IMG/VR virus record: IMGVR_UViG_3300033273_000392
Location: 85,353 to 149,352 of that record
Reading direction: 5' to 3' (one strand)
Length of the DNA: 64,000 bases
DNA from: a virus
In this document: positions 49,973 through 59,024 of the stretch, piece after piece
How positions within the stretch are numbered: position 1 is the stretch's first letter
Layout: every line of letters begins with the position of its first letter
Notes under the pieces: generated by a model
The model's input: only the letters and a program-made list of their open reading frames with translations
Database searches by the model: none
Told to the model about the DNA's origin: nothing
Translations under genes and position numbers: made by a program

Positions 49973-50234
49973 ACTGTATCTATTCGGGTTAGCGCGCGAC
50001 CCTGGAGGCGCTTCCCCCGGGGGCCCTGAATTTTCTGCTAGGGGTGACATTCGTGTTTTCTCTAAATACCTCTGAGGCCTCGCGCGGGCCCTGGAATCGG
50101 AATCCCGGGCTGTCATAACTGGCGCGTTTCTGGAACATCGCGATAGCTTATAAAGGTATATTAACAAAAAAGCATGCGGAGCGGGACACCACCCCTCTGC
50201 CATGCCCTAAATCGCGCGCATGCCCCCACGGCCC

Positions 50235-50534
50235 CTAATCGCGTCGCGGCCACCGGTGGCTGCCATATATGGCCTTTATTACTGTGGCTTCAGAGTGTTC
50301 TACATGGCCATCATGATCCAATCGCCATATAGAGGCTGAGAAGTCTCTGTTCCCTACTGGTGTAATGGCTATTTTCCATGCTACCCCTTCTGTGAATACT
50401 GAGTCTCTGTATACCTGGTCTTTCCAGTACCCTTTAGTTGTAATGTGGCCTGTGGGTATAGTGTCTATTTCGAAATGGTCTGGTCTTGTCATTCGTAGTG
50501 CTTTAATATATACATCCATCTTTCTAATGGACAT
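50235..50534 (-). CDS. Hypothetical protein
   Basis: 99 aa; AATAGATA upstream. Confidence 0.4.
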   Translation of the reverse strand: MSIRKMDVYIKALRMTRPDHFEIDTIPTGHITTKGYWKDQVYRDSVFTEGVAWKIAITPVGNRDFSASIWRLDHDGHVEHSEATVIKAIYGSHRWPRRD

Positions 50535-50616
50535 GCCTTTCTGTAGTATCTATTAGTGATATAGAGATATGCTTTGAGGGCGCGGGTTGGCACCTTGATG
50601 GTTAGGTGGATAGTGC

Positions 50617-50958
50617 TCATGCTTGGACTGTATAGAGATCAGGGTGAGCACGGAATCCGGCCTTTTCGTGGTAGGCAAGAAGTTCTTTATCTGTAGCCTG
50701 CATATAGGCTACACGGTTAGGGCTAAAGTGACCACACATAAGATCAAGGGCCCTGTCCAATGTTTTTGTAATGGCCTCTGTTACTGCCGTTGAGTTGGTG
50801 TGCACTTGACCATTAAAGACCGACTTATATGCATACTCACCGATGAGGTAGTTAACCCCTGTCTCTGGGTCTTCAGAGATACTTACACGGACACGACCAG
50901 GGATGATATTATCAATCTGCTTCTGGCAGGCCTTAATGGCATTGTCATTATATTTCAT
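50617..50958 (-). CDS. Hypothetical early protein
   Basis: Coupled to upstream early gene. Confidence 0.6.
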   Translation of the reverse strand: MKYNDNAIKACQKQIDNIIPGRVRVSISEDPETGVNYLIGEYAYKSVFNGQVHTNSTAVTEAITKTLDRALDLMCGHFSPNRVAYMQATDKELLAYHEKAGFRAHPDLYTVQA

Positions 50959-51404
50959 TAGGCAACAGTTTTTTGAGTTTCAGAAATTGGGAATGGTTTG
51001 TTGTATTCTTTAACAGTAGCGAATTCAAGGGATTCGTAAGAAAGGCTTCGCATATCATTGACCGTGAGAGCATCAGCGATGTTGGCCTCAAGGGTCACAA
51101 TGCTCTTACCTTTAAGAGCAAAGACGGTAGTCCATACATCACCTTGTTTAACCTCAACGGTCTTAACTACACCTGGCAAGAAGTTGGTCATAAAACCTCG
51201 AACTGTCTGGGAGTCTCGTTTATCTACGACGGTCATAAATCCAGCCTTGCATTTCACAATGGCTCGAACTTCAACGTCTTTGGCATTAGGATCAATACCC
51301 CAGTCAGGACAAGAGATAGTATGCATCTTACCATTGTTCATGTAAAGTGAAATAGCATAACCTTTAACAAGGTCAGTATCGAGATTGAGTTTATTGATAA
51401 ACAT
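50958..51404 (-). CDS. Hypothetical early protein
   Basis: Directly after early promoter and leader. Confidence 0.65.
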   Translation of the reverse strand: MFINKLNLDTDLVKGYAISLYMNNGKMHTISCPDWGIDPNAKDVEVRAIVKCKAGFMTVVDKRDSQTVRGFMTNFLPGVVKTVEVKQGDVWTTVFALKGKSIVTLEANIADALTVNDMRSLSYESLEFATVKEYNKPFPISETQKTVA

Positions 51405-51408
51405 GGGG

Positions 51409-51484
51409 AACTGATTAACGTTACATAAGTAATATACGACGATATTTTTAAACCTGACAATCTAAAATGTTAAAAATCGTTAAA
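51409..51484 (-). promoter_or_regulatory. Early promoter
   Basis: TTAACG/TTAACA boxes, TTG-N21-TATATTAC, leader GTTAATCAGTT. Confidence 0.7.
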
Positions 51485-51547
51485 TATTTATGCGCGCGCC
51501 AGTAGGCTCATATATGAAACATTTAACAATTAGACTGTATAATACAC

Positions 51548-51832
51548 ATGGAACACGAGATCAAGAACATGCTAAATAGCTTGGGTATACCAGTAGAGGG
51601 TCAGTTCACTTATGATGGACCAACTGAGACTCCTCTCATGGTGCTAATGAATGATCTTATCTCGAATGGCTTTGCGGATCCGCCGCTTATAGACTTCATC
51701 TGTCAATATCTAGACCTGGAGGCCATGCATATAGCAATGGCATTTGACACAGGAGCAGAAGCAGCTTCTAAGTCCCCAGAGGAAGATCCACCAGAAGATG
51801 GAGTGGATTACTATGAGCGTTCCTATACATAA
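51548..51832 (+). CDS. Acidic hypothetical protein
   Basis: AAAC-N17-TATAA at 51517-51542, 5 nt before ATG; terminator after. Confidence 0.65.
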   Translation: MEHEIKNMLNSLGIPVEGQFTYDGPTETPLMVLMNDLISNGFADPPLIDFICQYLDLEAMHIAMAFDTGAEAASKSPEEDPPEDGVDYYERSYT

Positions 51833-51848
51833 GGCCCATATAGGGTAC

Positions 51849-51878
51849 AGGTCCACTCTTATGTGGACCTTTTCTTTT
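51849..51878 (+). terminator. Intrinsic terminator
   Basis: AGGTCCAC-TCTTAT-GTGGACCT-TTTCTTTT. Confidence 0.7.
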
Positions 51879-51950
51879 AACACTTTTTAACATTTAAGAT
51901 TGTCATACTTAAGGGATTAGTTGTATATTGCATATGTAGTTAATCAGTTA
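51877..51950 (+). promoter_or_regulatory. Early promoter
   Basis: TTAACA at 51877 and 51887, TTG-N21-TATATTGCA, leader GTTAATCAGTTA. Confidence 0.72.
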
Positions 51951-51954
51951 AGCT

Positions 51955-52125
51955 ATGAACAAGTTTATTTATGCCTTTGGCGCTGTTATCTGTGCGGTTG
52001 TTGCGACCGTGATCTTTTGTGGCGCCACCCCTGAGTTCTTGAATATGAATAACGAAGCTGAGTTTGCGTTCTTTAATGCCTTCTTTGCTACCTGTTTGGC
52101 TGCTATGGCCGTTAAATGTGACTAA
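51955..52125 (+). CDS. Small two-TM early membrane peptide (56 aa, not in ORF track)
   Basis: MNKFIYAFGAVICAVVATVIFCG...FAFFNAFFATCLAAMAVKCD; directly after early leader. Confidence 0.6.
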   Translation: MNKFIYAFGAVICAVVATVIFCGATPEFLNMNNEAEFAFFNAFFATCLAAMAVKCD

Positions 52126-52145
52126 AATCAATCAATTATTCCCCA

Positions 52146-53240
52146 ATGAAGACGTATCTATACTCGATTAATGCGGACGGAAGCACTACTCCGCTCAACG
52201 GAGGACGCAATTTGCGCAAAAAGTATAAAAAAGACGCAAATTCTAACTACTTGCGAGTCCAAATTAAAGGTGAACAAGCCAAAACTAAAGTGCTTAAGTA
52301 CCTTCCACGCGGCTACGAAAGCCTAAAAGCGGCTCCGGTAGCTAAAAATGAGCCTAAAAAGGCGCCACAGAAGGTCCAGTTGACTAAACTTAATGATCTG
52401 AAGTTCTCTGACGACCTTTTTAAGCCTATGCCAACTTGCTCCTCTTTTGATAAATTTGTGTCAAATGAGGGTGGAATCATGCCTGGCTCTAATATTATGG
52501 CTGCCGGTGCTCCTGGTGTAGGTAAGACTACTGTTCTTCTTGAGCTCCTGCATATGGTACGAGCTTGTGATCCTTCTAGAAAGGTCCTTTTTATCTCTGC
52601 TGAGATGACAGAGCTCGATATGGCGCGCTACTTGAAGCGATTCCCTCACTGGGGCGACTTGCCAATCTTCTTCCTTTCCTCGTTTGAGGGCCATGATCCC
52701 AAATCCGCGCTCGAACAAGTACTTAATGAAGGCTATGACCTTGTTCTCACTGACTCCTATACAGAAGTCAATGACACAGTAAAGGAAGAATGCGGCCTCA
52801 CACGAACCAAAACAGAAAAATGGTTCCTTGACCTCATGAACAGCCATAACAAGGGTAATAATAAGCTCAGTAAGTATACAGCGTTCATCACCATCCTTCA
52901 ATTATCCAAGGGAGGACAGTTCGTTGGCTCTAATAAGCTCAAGCACATGACCTCTGCCATGATGTCCATCGACTGGAAAGGAGGTGAGAACTCTACTGAG
53001 CGATTCCTTGAGTTCAGTAAGAACCGACTAGGCCAAGTAGGGACCAAGCTATACTTCAGCCTGGCAGACGGTGTGGGCTTCGACTCTAACAGGTACCAGC
53101 GTGACCTCTTAAACAAAGAGTTCCTCGAAGAAGAAAAGGCCAAGCTGGGCACTGAGGCTGATGCCTTCGATAAGATCTTCTCCCAGCTCCCTACTGAAGC
53201 AGAAAAGGTAGGTGCAGATGCTGTAGTGCCAGAAGCCTAA
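52146..53240 (+). CDS. RadA/Sms-like RecA-fold ATPase (no Zn finger or Lon domain)
   Basis: GGIMPGS, GAPGVGKT, LFISAE, DS, LKH, KNR.G. Confidence 0.75.
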   Translation: MKTYLYSINADGSTTPLNGGRNLRKKYKKDANSNYLRVQIKGEQAKTKVLKYLPRGYESLKAAPVAKNEPKKAPQKVQLTKLNDLKFSDDLFKPMPTCSSFDKFVSNEGGIMPGSNIMAAGAPGVGKTTVLLELLHMVRACDPSRKVLFISAEMTELDMARYLKRFPHWGDLPIFFLSSFEGHDPKSALEQVLNEGYDLVLTDSYTEVNDTVKEECGLTRTKTEKWFLDLMNSHNKGNNKLSKYTAFITILQLSKGGQFVGSNKLKHMTSAMMSIDWKGGENSTERFLEFSKNRLGQVGTKLYFSLADGVGFDSNRYQRDLLNKEFLEEEKAKLGTEADAFDKIFSQLPTEAEKVGADAVVPEA

Positions 53241-53404
53241 CCTATATCAGCAATGTCTTCCTCTTCCACCTGCTCTACCTCATCCTCACGCTTAAAGGCA
53301 CACTCAGCACAGCAGCCCTGCTGACCATGAGTAATATTAAGTGGATTAAAGAGAGCCACAAGAGACATAAAAAACCAGGTAAGGCCCTGTAATAACTTTT
53401 TCAT
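53237..53404 (-). CDS. Small membrane/secreted peptide (start reassigned to MKKLLQ)
   Basis: GATAGATA 4 nt upstream of ATG at 53404; hydrophobic N-terminus, CCxxC, acidic tail. Confidence 0.5.
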   Translation of the reverse strand: MKKLLQGLTWFFMSLVALFNPLNITHGQQGCCAECAFKREDEVEQVEEEDIADIG

Positions 53405-53738
53405 GCGATATCTATCAGCCATTTAGGTGGCTATATGGGGACGGAGCCATTGGGGAATAGGCTACTGTCCCCTTTTTATTTTATTGCGATAGGGGTATTT
53501 GTGGTCGCCCGGTGCGTGTGTTGGTAGGCCCACGTTTGGCCCCCTAGGGTATAACTTCCCCTTTTTTTGAACGTATAGCCTGTATATATCTCTCTTACTG
53601 GGATCTTGAGTATATCTTTAGTCTTTTTATGCTCTGAGAGGCTTTTTAGTCTCTTAGTGTACTCTCTAGGGCTTAGGGACTGTGAATTAGATTTATCTGA
53701 TGGGATCTAACACAATTTGACACAATCTGACCCGGGGG

Positions 53739-54431
53739 TTATAATTGTATACCTACCGTGGCTTGTAGGACTGGTCTGTTTAAGAAGAGGCATTGCATAC
53801 CCATCTCTATACCATTATAGTGGTACATGAATCCATACAGTATATTAATACCTTGTCTCTTATTTAGGTCTATACTGTATAGTTCTTCTCCTGGGTATGG
53901 TAGTATGTTAAGTGGATCCTTTATGACCAGGTCTTGGTTTAGGGTGAATAGGTTAAAGCCTAATGTATGTGAAAGGGGTGATTCCTTTCTTATAGTAATT
54001 CCTATAGCAAAGTCTGTTCTCTGGTTATAGGTATACTGTATTGTATCTCCCCATTCTATTACCTCAGCTCTTGTTATATTAGTATAATGATTATGTGGAT
54101 TTTGTTTTGAGGTGGCCGCGCTGAGGTAGAGGGCTCTTTGGTCTCCTATAGTAGTGTAGAGTCCGAAGAGTGGTGGCTGTATATGAAGTGGAAAGCCTAG
54201 TTGGGCGCCAATTGAAAAGGGTATAGATTGGGTTTCTCTTTCATATGGTGTTTGATGCCATGGCCGCCACCAAGGAGACCAGTGAGACTGAAACTGAGGC
54301 CTCTGATATGAGGTCTGATCCTGCTGCTCTTTAGGCTTGTTTTGCTCTTCTACCTTTAAGAGCTTTTCGTCTATAGGGCTTACCTGTGCGTGTAGAGTAA
54401 GTGGAAGTAGGAGGAGTAGAAGTCTTATCAT
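53739..54431 (-). CDS. Exported, probable outer-membrane beta-barrel protein
   Basis: Signal peptide ending LHA-Q; amphipathic strands; C-terminal VGIQL. Confidence 0.55.
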   Translation of the reverse strand: MIRLLLLLLPLTLHAQVSPIDEKLLKVEEQNKPKEQQDQTSYQRPQFQSHWSPWWRPWHQTPYERETQSIPFSIGAQLGFPLHIQPPLFGLYTTIGDQRALYLSAATSKQNPHNHYTNITRAEVIEWGDTIQYTYNQRTDFAIGITIRKESPLSHTLGFNLFTLNQDLVIKDPLNILPYPGEELYSIDLNKRQGINILYGFMYHYNGIEMGMQCLFLNRPVLQATVGIQL

Positions 54432-54446
54432 AATGTATCTATTTAG

Positions 54447-54472
54447 AAAAAAGAAGGGGCCCGAAGGCCCCT
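54447..54472 (-). terminator. Intrinsic terminator with UUCG tetraloop
   Basis: AGGGGCC-TTCG-GGCCCCT-TCTTTTTT. Confidence 0.85.
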
Positions 54473-54501
54473 AGTAGAATTAGAAGGTAGCGAACTTTCT
54501 T

Positions 54502-54867
54502 TTATCCTACAAATTGATATTGTACCCAGGCTCCACCATTCTCTCTAACCCATGGGCTATCGTATATAGTAACCTCGATCTGGCCCTTAGAAAGCTTTTT
54601 AACCTGCTTTACGGTTTCATCTGGATTCTTATGTGCAAGGAGTAGTGCTGCTTGTATATCTGATGACATATTCCTTGGTTCATCAAAATACTCAGGTAGG
54701 CTCTCCTTTCTAAGCTTAACTCCTGTTCCAATAGAAAGCATAAATGACCTGTTATCCCAGTGTATCTTATCTGCTGGTTTTTTCTTCATTAAGATCTGCA
54801 CAAGGTACTTATAGTCTGGCTTTCGATTCTCGTTAATGAAATCTTCATATAGTTCTATATGCTTCAT
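54502..54867 (-). CDS. Tagged hypothetical protein, putative internal head protein
   Basis: MKHIELYEDFINE tag; GATATATA at 54914-54921. Confidence 0.6.
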   Translation of the reverse strand: MKHIELYEDFINENRKPDYKYLVQILMKKKPADKIHWDNRSFMLSIGTGVKLRKESLPEYFDEPRNMSSDIQAALLLAHKNPDETVKQVKKLSKGQIEVTIYDSPWVRENGGAWVQYQFVG

Positions 54868-54929
54868 ATTATTGTGTTCTTTTTTAAACTGATAAATACT
54901 TTTTAGTATGACTTATATATCCTAGTTTA

Positions 54930-55547
54930 ATGAGTTTAGATAGTAAGATAAAGATTTTAGGTGTTGGACACCCGCGGACCGGAACAGGGTATACATCTAA
55001 ACTTCTTAAATCATTTGGCCTTGATATTGGTCATGAAGTGGTAGGCAAAGACGGTGTAGTTGCATGGCAAATGGTCAAAGAGAGGGGACCGTGGCCCTGG
55101 TTTAAGGGTAGTATTCAGAAGAGACCTGAGTATGAAACACTAATCTATAGCATAAGAAACCCTAGAACTTCGATACCATCAATAGTATACACTGAACATG
55201 GTTCACTTAAATACAGAACAGATGAAATAGGAGTTCCTAAGTCAGAAAATCCAGTTGAACAGGCTATACTATCCATACTTCACTTTGATGAATTAATAAT
55301 GAATATGGATCCAGATATTATCTATAGAATAGAACATGATTCTGAATCACTCTTTACTATTCTTAAGCAGAAATATGAGAATATAACCTATAACCCCGTT
55401 GGAGGTAAAGTTAACACAAGAGAGCACAAAGGATTTGACCAAGAAATATTAAGATGGTTAGAAAGAGTAGATCCTGACGTTATATCTAGAATAAACTACT
55501 TCTGTATACGCCATGGATACAACCTATTAGTTCCACATGACCTTTAA
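54930..55547 (+). CDS. Sulfotransferase-like protein
   Basis: GHPRTGT PAPS loop, HE, IRNP..SI.S; GATAAATA at 54891-54898. Confidence 0.6.
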   Translation: MSLDSKIKILGVGHPRTGTGYTSKLLKSFGLDIGHEVVGKDGVVAWQMVKERGPWPWFKGSIQKRPEYETLIYSIRNPRTSIPSIVYTEHGSLKYRTDEIGVPKSENPVEQAILSILHFDELIMNMDPDIIYRIEHDSESLFTILKQKYENITYNPVGGKVNTREHKGFDQEILRWLERVDPDVISRINYFCIRHGYNLLVPHDL

Positions 55548-55771
55548 TCCTTATTAAGGTACTTCTTAGGGTAGCAGTGTTCACACTTTTTATTATCGCA
55601 CTTTGGCATCTCTTTTTGTGATGCTATAATCTGCTCGTTTTTCTGACAGCAGTCAGAAGCATATGCTGGGCATGTTGTTTTAGTGTTTGCACATCCTACC
55701 ATTAGTAGAACTGAAATTGAGGCTATTAGTAACTTCATAGCTTTATTTGTTTTTAAAATCCGTAGTGACAC
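55544..55771 (-). CDS. Small lipoprotein (probable start MKLLIAS at 55738)
   Basis: Lipobox LMVG-C; CPAY; Cys-rich. Confidence 0.55.
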   Translation of the reverse strand: MSLRILKTNKAMKLLIASISVLLMVGCANTKTTCPAYASDCCQKNEQIIASQKEMPKCDNKKCEHCYPKKYLNKD

Positions 55772-56730
55772 GGAGGCACAGTATACTTTTCTTTTCTATC
55801 TATCTCAGGCATTATTATCTTAAAATTCAATTCATGCGCTCCTAGTGCATTTAGACCTATATCTGAAACTGTAAGGTCATAGCTATAGCCCATAGTAAAT
55901 GAATCATTTGAGAACATAAAGATAAATTGAACCGCATCTCTAAATGTGCTATTAATGATCCCTCTATACTGTAGACCCCAACCAACTTTATCTAAGGTAG
56001 CCATAACCCCGAGGTTAAGCTGATCAAATGGTCCTTGATGTCTGTATAGTAAAGTTGGTCTTAAATAAAATGCTGTTTTTCCATATCGGTTCATAATAGG
56101 CAAGCTTGCACCTCCATGCAGTGTATGTTTTGCTGGTAGATGACTGTTCCCGTATATAAATGACTTATTTGGCGTGTTCATGTGATGTGCCGCGTAGCCA
56201 ATAAAGAACTTTTTATCATAAAAGAGCACTCCTGAGCTAAAATCAACATAATTTACTGGCTGTATGTCAATTATCTCATTTGTTGGCCATACAAAACCAA
56301 CGCCTTGTAAGATTTGATCGTTAAAGGTTAGTTTACCTCCGTCTAGATACTCGTTTGTAAAATTACCTTGTAAGCCCAAGGACATATTCCATGACCTCGA
56401 TATCCTTAGCTTCTGACTATACGCACCGCCAAATGAAGTAGAAGACATAATAGAGCTTGCTGATCTGTCACTGTGTATCATAGCAGCAAAACCACCGGAT
56501 GTACTTTTTAGTGGTTGATCGTAAGCTGCGGTTGCCGTTACAAAATCAGCTGATATACCAGGCCATTGGTTCCTATAGGAAAAGACTAGCTCTGGTGAGC
56601 CAAAATCGCCTGCGAGTGCAGGATTTAAATACATTGAATTGGCATAGAACTGAGTATGTTCAAGGTCCTGTGCCCTAGCTCCAAGTGCCGTCAGAACTAG
56701 TGTAATAATTAATAGTAGGTAAGATCTCAT
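55753..56730 (-). CDS. Type IX secretion system PorP/SprF-family outer-membrane protein
   Basis: Signal peptide; QFY....LNPA.AG, YRNQW.G, GYSYD, GAHE. Confidence 0.9.
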   Translation of the reverse strand: MRSYLLLIITLVLTALGARAQDLEHTQFYANSMYLNPALAGDFGSPELVFSYRNQWPGISADFVTATAAYDQPLKSTSGGFAAMIHSDRSASSIMSSTSFGGAYSQKLRISRSWNMSLGLQGNFTNEYLDGGKLTFNDQILQGVGFVWPTNEIIDIQPVNYVDFSSGVLFYDKKFFIGYAAHHMNTPNKSFIYGNSHLPAKHTLHGGASLPIMNRYGKTAFYLRPTLLYRHQGPFDQLNLGVMATLDKVGWGLQYRGIINSTFRDAVQFIFMFSNDSFTMGYSYDLTVSDIGLNALGAHELNFKIIMPEIDRKEKYTVPPCHYGF

Positions 56731-56896
56731 AGATTAAGTAAGTGTTATTACAGTATTTATCTGAATATCACTTAACTATATGAAATCAAGTAAAATTACA
56801 TGCGGTTGCAAGCAGGCAAAGCATAAAAATTAAGGCTAGAAAGGCGCCTGTTCTTTCTTCTCTATATCTCATGTCTTTTATATGTATGATTTAGAA

Positions 56897-59023
56897 TTAG
56901 TTTACGTCTTTAACACACCTTACTGACATACCATTAGTTTTGCTTAGAGATGTTCTATTCGTAGAATATCCACGTCTCAAAAAGACCTCTTCTTTAAGAT
57001 CCCAACCTGTAAAAATTCCGCCGTTGTCGGACTCATATTCTTTATAGTATTTATAGCTATCTACTTCTCTATGTATAGCATTTTCTCTTTTAGATCCCCA
57101 ATTACTTTTAAACTCATCTGTTGTCCAAAAATATCCAGAGTTTGCATGATTTCTTAAATAACCGCTTGCATCTACAAACCCTTTAAATATATTTGTCTCT
57201 TGTTCAATATCAACAAATAATTCATTTTGTCTAATAGCGTCTGTAAGTACATAGTTATTTCTATCATCAAATCTATTTAATTCATGAAGCGGTACCGCTA
57301 GATGAAGTTCTAAATCTTGCCAATCAGCATCTGTAGAAACATGCCACCCGGAAGGACATAGGTCTAACTGATCTACGGCATACCAATTATAAAGTCCACC
57401 AGACCATAAATTATTATAATGTCTGAATCCTAGCACATCTAAATCAGCAAGATTAGTTCTTATAATAGAAGGCTCCTTACTTCTTCCTCTATTCTTAAAT
57501 TCTTCAGAAGTAGTGGCTAGGTAATCAGTACCTGTTACATACCCATCAAGATCTTTTGTTGCCCAGCATCTATTTCCAATAGGTATTACATTAACATCTT
57601 GTCCAACAACTATACCAGATATACTAGAAATACCAGCACAGGGGTCACATGAAATATCTAAACATGGATCTATATCATCACATATACCATCAGCGTCTAT
57701 ATCAGCTTCACATGAACCTCCACATAATCCTAATGCATCAGTATACATACATTCGATAGAACTAAGGCCATTAGCACTATAATTACATGCATTAGGGTCA
57801 GCTGTACATCCTCCATCATGTCCAAGAATCTCAATACCCTGTAACGCCATTTTACGCCTATTATATGTTGTACTACTAAGTGCCCTCGAGCGAACTCTTT
57901 CTAATTGGCCAGGTGTAAAATGTTCGACATTACAACTATCTGAATAGTCCATGATATTTGACGGGTCATGTGGCATATCAGGATATATTAGACAATGATC
58001 TGCAGCATCTGTACTATAGCAATTATCCCAGTCTTGTTTTGCTGGTTTAGTATCGCATATATAGTCACCATATGATGAACAGTCCTTGGTCGACCAATCA
58101 TCATACAGTCTATCACAATCATTAATACCATAACCATTCCATGTGTGGCCAAGTCCAAAAAAGTGACCAACTTCATGTGATAGCACAGATGATAAGTCAC
58201 CCCATGCATACTCTCTTAAATACAACGCTTGTCCTGACCATATATTTCCACTAATATCATCTATAACGCCATATCCGATAGGAGAATTAGCCCATCCTGT
58301 AAGAAGGCCTCCTGCGTTATTAGGAGTAAATACATTTATGTTTAGGTACTCGTATTGTTCATATCCAAATGTATTTAATACGGTTGGACTATTATAGTAT
58401 ACATTCTTATCAAATGCATTAATACTATTGTCGCTATTCCATGGCACAAGATAAGGAACTTCTGTATTTAGGTCCAAATAAGAACTAAGTCCAACTCTTG
58501 GATGAAATGGAGGCATTACATCCAAGCTGTCTTCAAAGACAAAATTTCTAACCCACGGATGTGGATTCCCATCAATGTCTATATTACCTGGGATGAAAGT
58601 TATCTTAAAATCAATATCGGGATTAGGCCATGCATCTTCGTTTAAACCTGTACCATCTCTCCATTTACCAGTAGAATATACTTCATTTAAAACCTCTAAA
58701 GCTAATAGTGCATATTCTTCTGTATTAATAGGAGTCCCATCTTCTAGTTCATATAGAGTGCTAGGTGCTCCTTCAGTTGTAAAGAAATTAACGATAACAG
58801 GTATATACAGCTGTTGAAATTCTAATATATCAGGAACAGATCTAGATCTCCTACTAATTGCATTTTTAATCGCCCAGTAAGACCTATCTTCAGCCTGAAG
58901 TAACTCGTATCTTTCTGTATCTGTTATTTCTTCTGACGTGAGGAGTTCTACATAACCACACCAGTCTTCTTGTGAATAAGCGCTAAATGTTATTAACATT
59001 AAAAGTATTGTGATAAATCTCAT
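56897..59023 (-). CDS. Secreted M43 zinc metalloprotease + FISUMP domain
   Basis: Signal peptide; HEVGHFFGLGHT, NIMDY, FTPGQ..R; LYNWYAV..CPSGWHV, VRCVKD. Confidence 0.88.
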   Translation of the reverse strand: MRFITILLMLITFSAYSQEDWCGYVELLTSEEITDTERYELLQAEDRSYWAIKNAISRRSRSVPDILEFQQLYIPVIVNFFTTEGAPSTLYELEDGTPINTEEYALLALEVLNEVYSTGKWRDGTGLNEDAWPNPDIDFKITFIPGNIDIDGNPHPWVRNFVFEDSLDVMPPFHPRVGLSSYLDLNTEVPYLVPWNSDNSINAFDKNVYYNSPTVLNTFGYEQYEYLNINVFTPNNAGGLLTGWANSPIGYGVIDDISGNIWSGQALYLREYAWGDLSSVLSHEVGHFFGLGHTWNGYGINDCDRLYDDWSTKDCSSYGDYICDTKPAKQDWDNCYSTDAADHCLIYPDMPHDPSNIMDYSDSCNVEHFTPGQLERVRSRALSSTTYNRRKMALQGIEILGHDGGCTADPNACNYSANGLSSIECMYTDALGLCGGSCEADIDADGICDDIDPCLDISCDPCAGISSISGIVVGQDVNVIPIGNRCWATKDLDGYVTGTDYLATTSEEFKNRGRSKEPSIIRTNLADLDVLGFRHYNNLWSGGLYNWYAVDQLDLCPSGWHVSTDADWQDLELHLAVPLHELNRFDDRNNYVLTDAIRQNELFVDIEQETNIFKGFVDASGYLRNHANSGYFWTTDEFKSNWGSKRENAIHREVDSYKYYKEYESDNGGIFTGWDLKEEVFLRRGYSTNRTSLSKTNGMSVRCVKDVN

Positions 59024-59024
59024 C

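Noticed and set aside
49973-50203. 5' extension of the 304-aa ORF
   Set aside because: Runs through a GC-rich non-coding-like patch; the late motif points to the ATG at 49972
51940-52131. Minus-strand 63-aa ORF
   Set aside because: Antisense to a better-supported plus-strand 56-aa peptide that follows the early promoter leader
55753-55776. PPCHYGF at the PorP C-terminus, identical to the ThyA active-site peptide
   Set aside because: Codons differ and there is no flanking similarity; treated as coincidence
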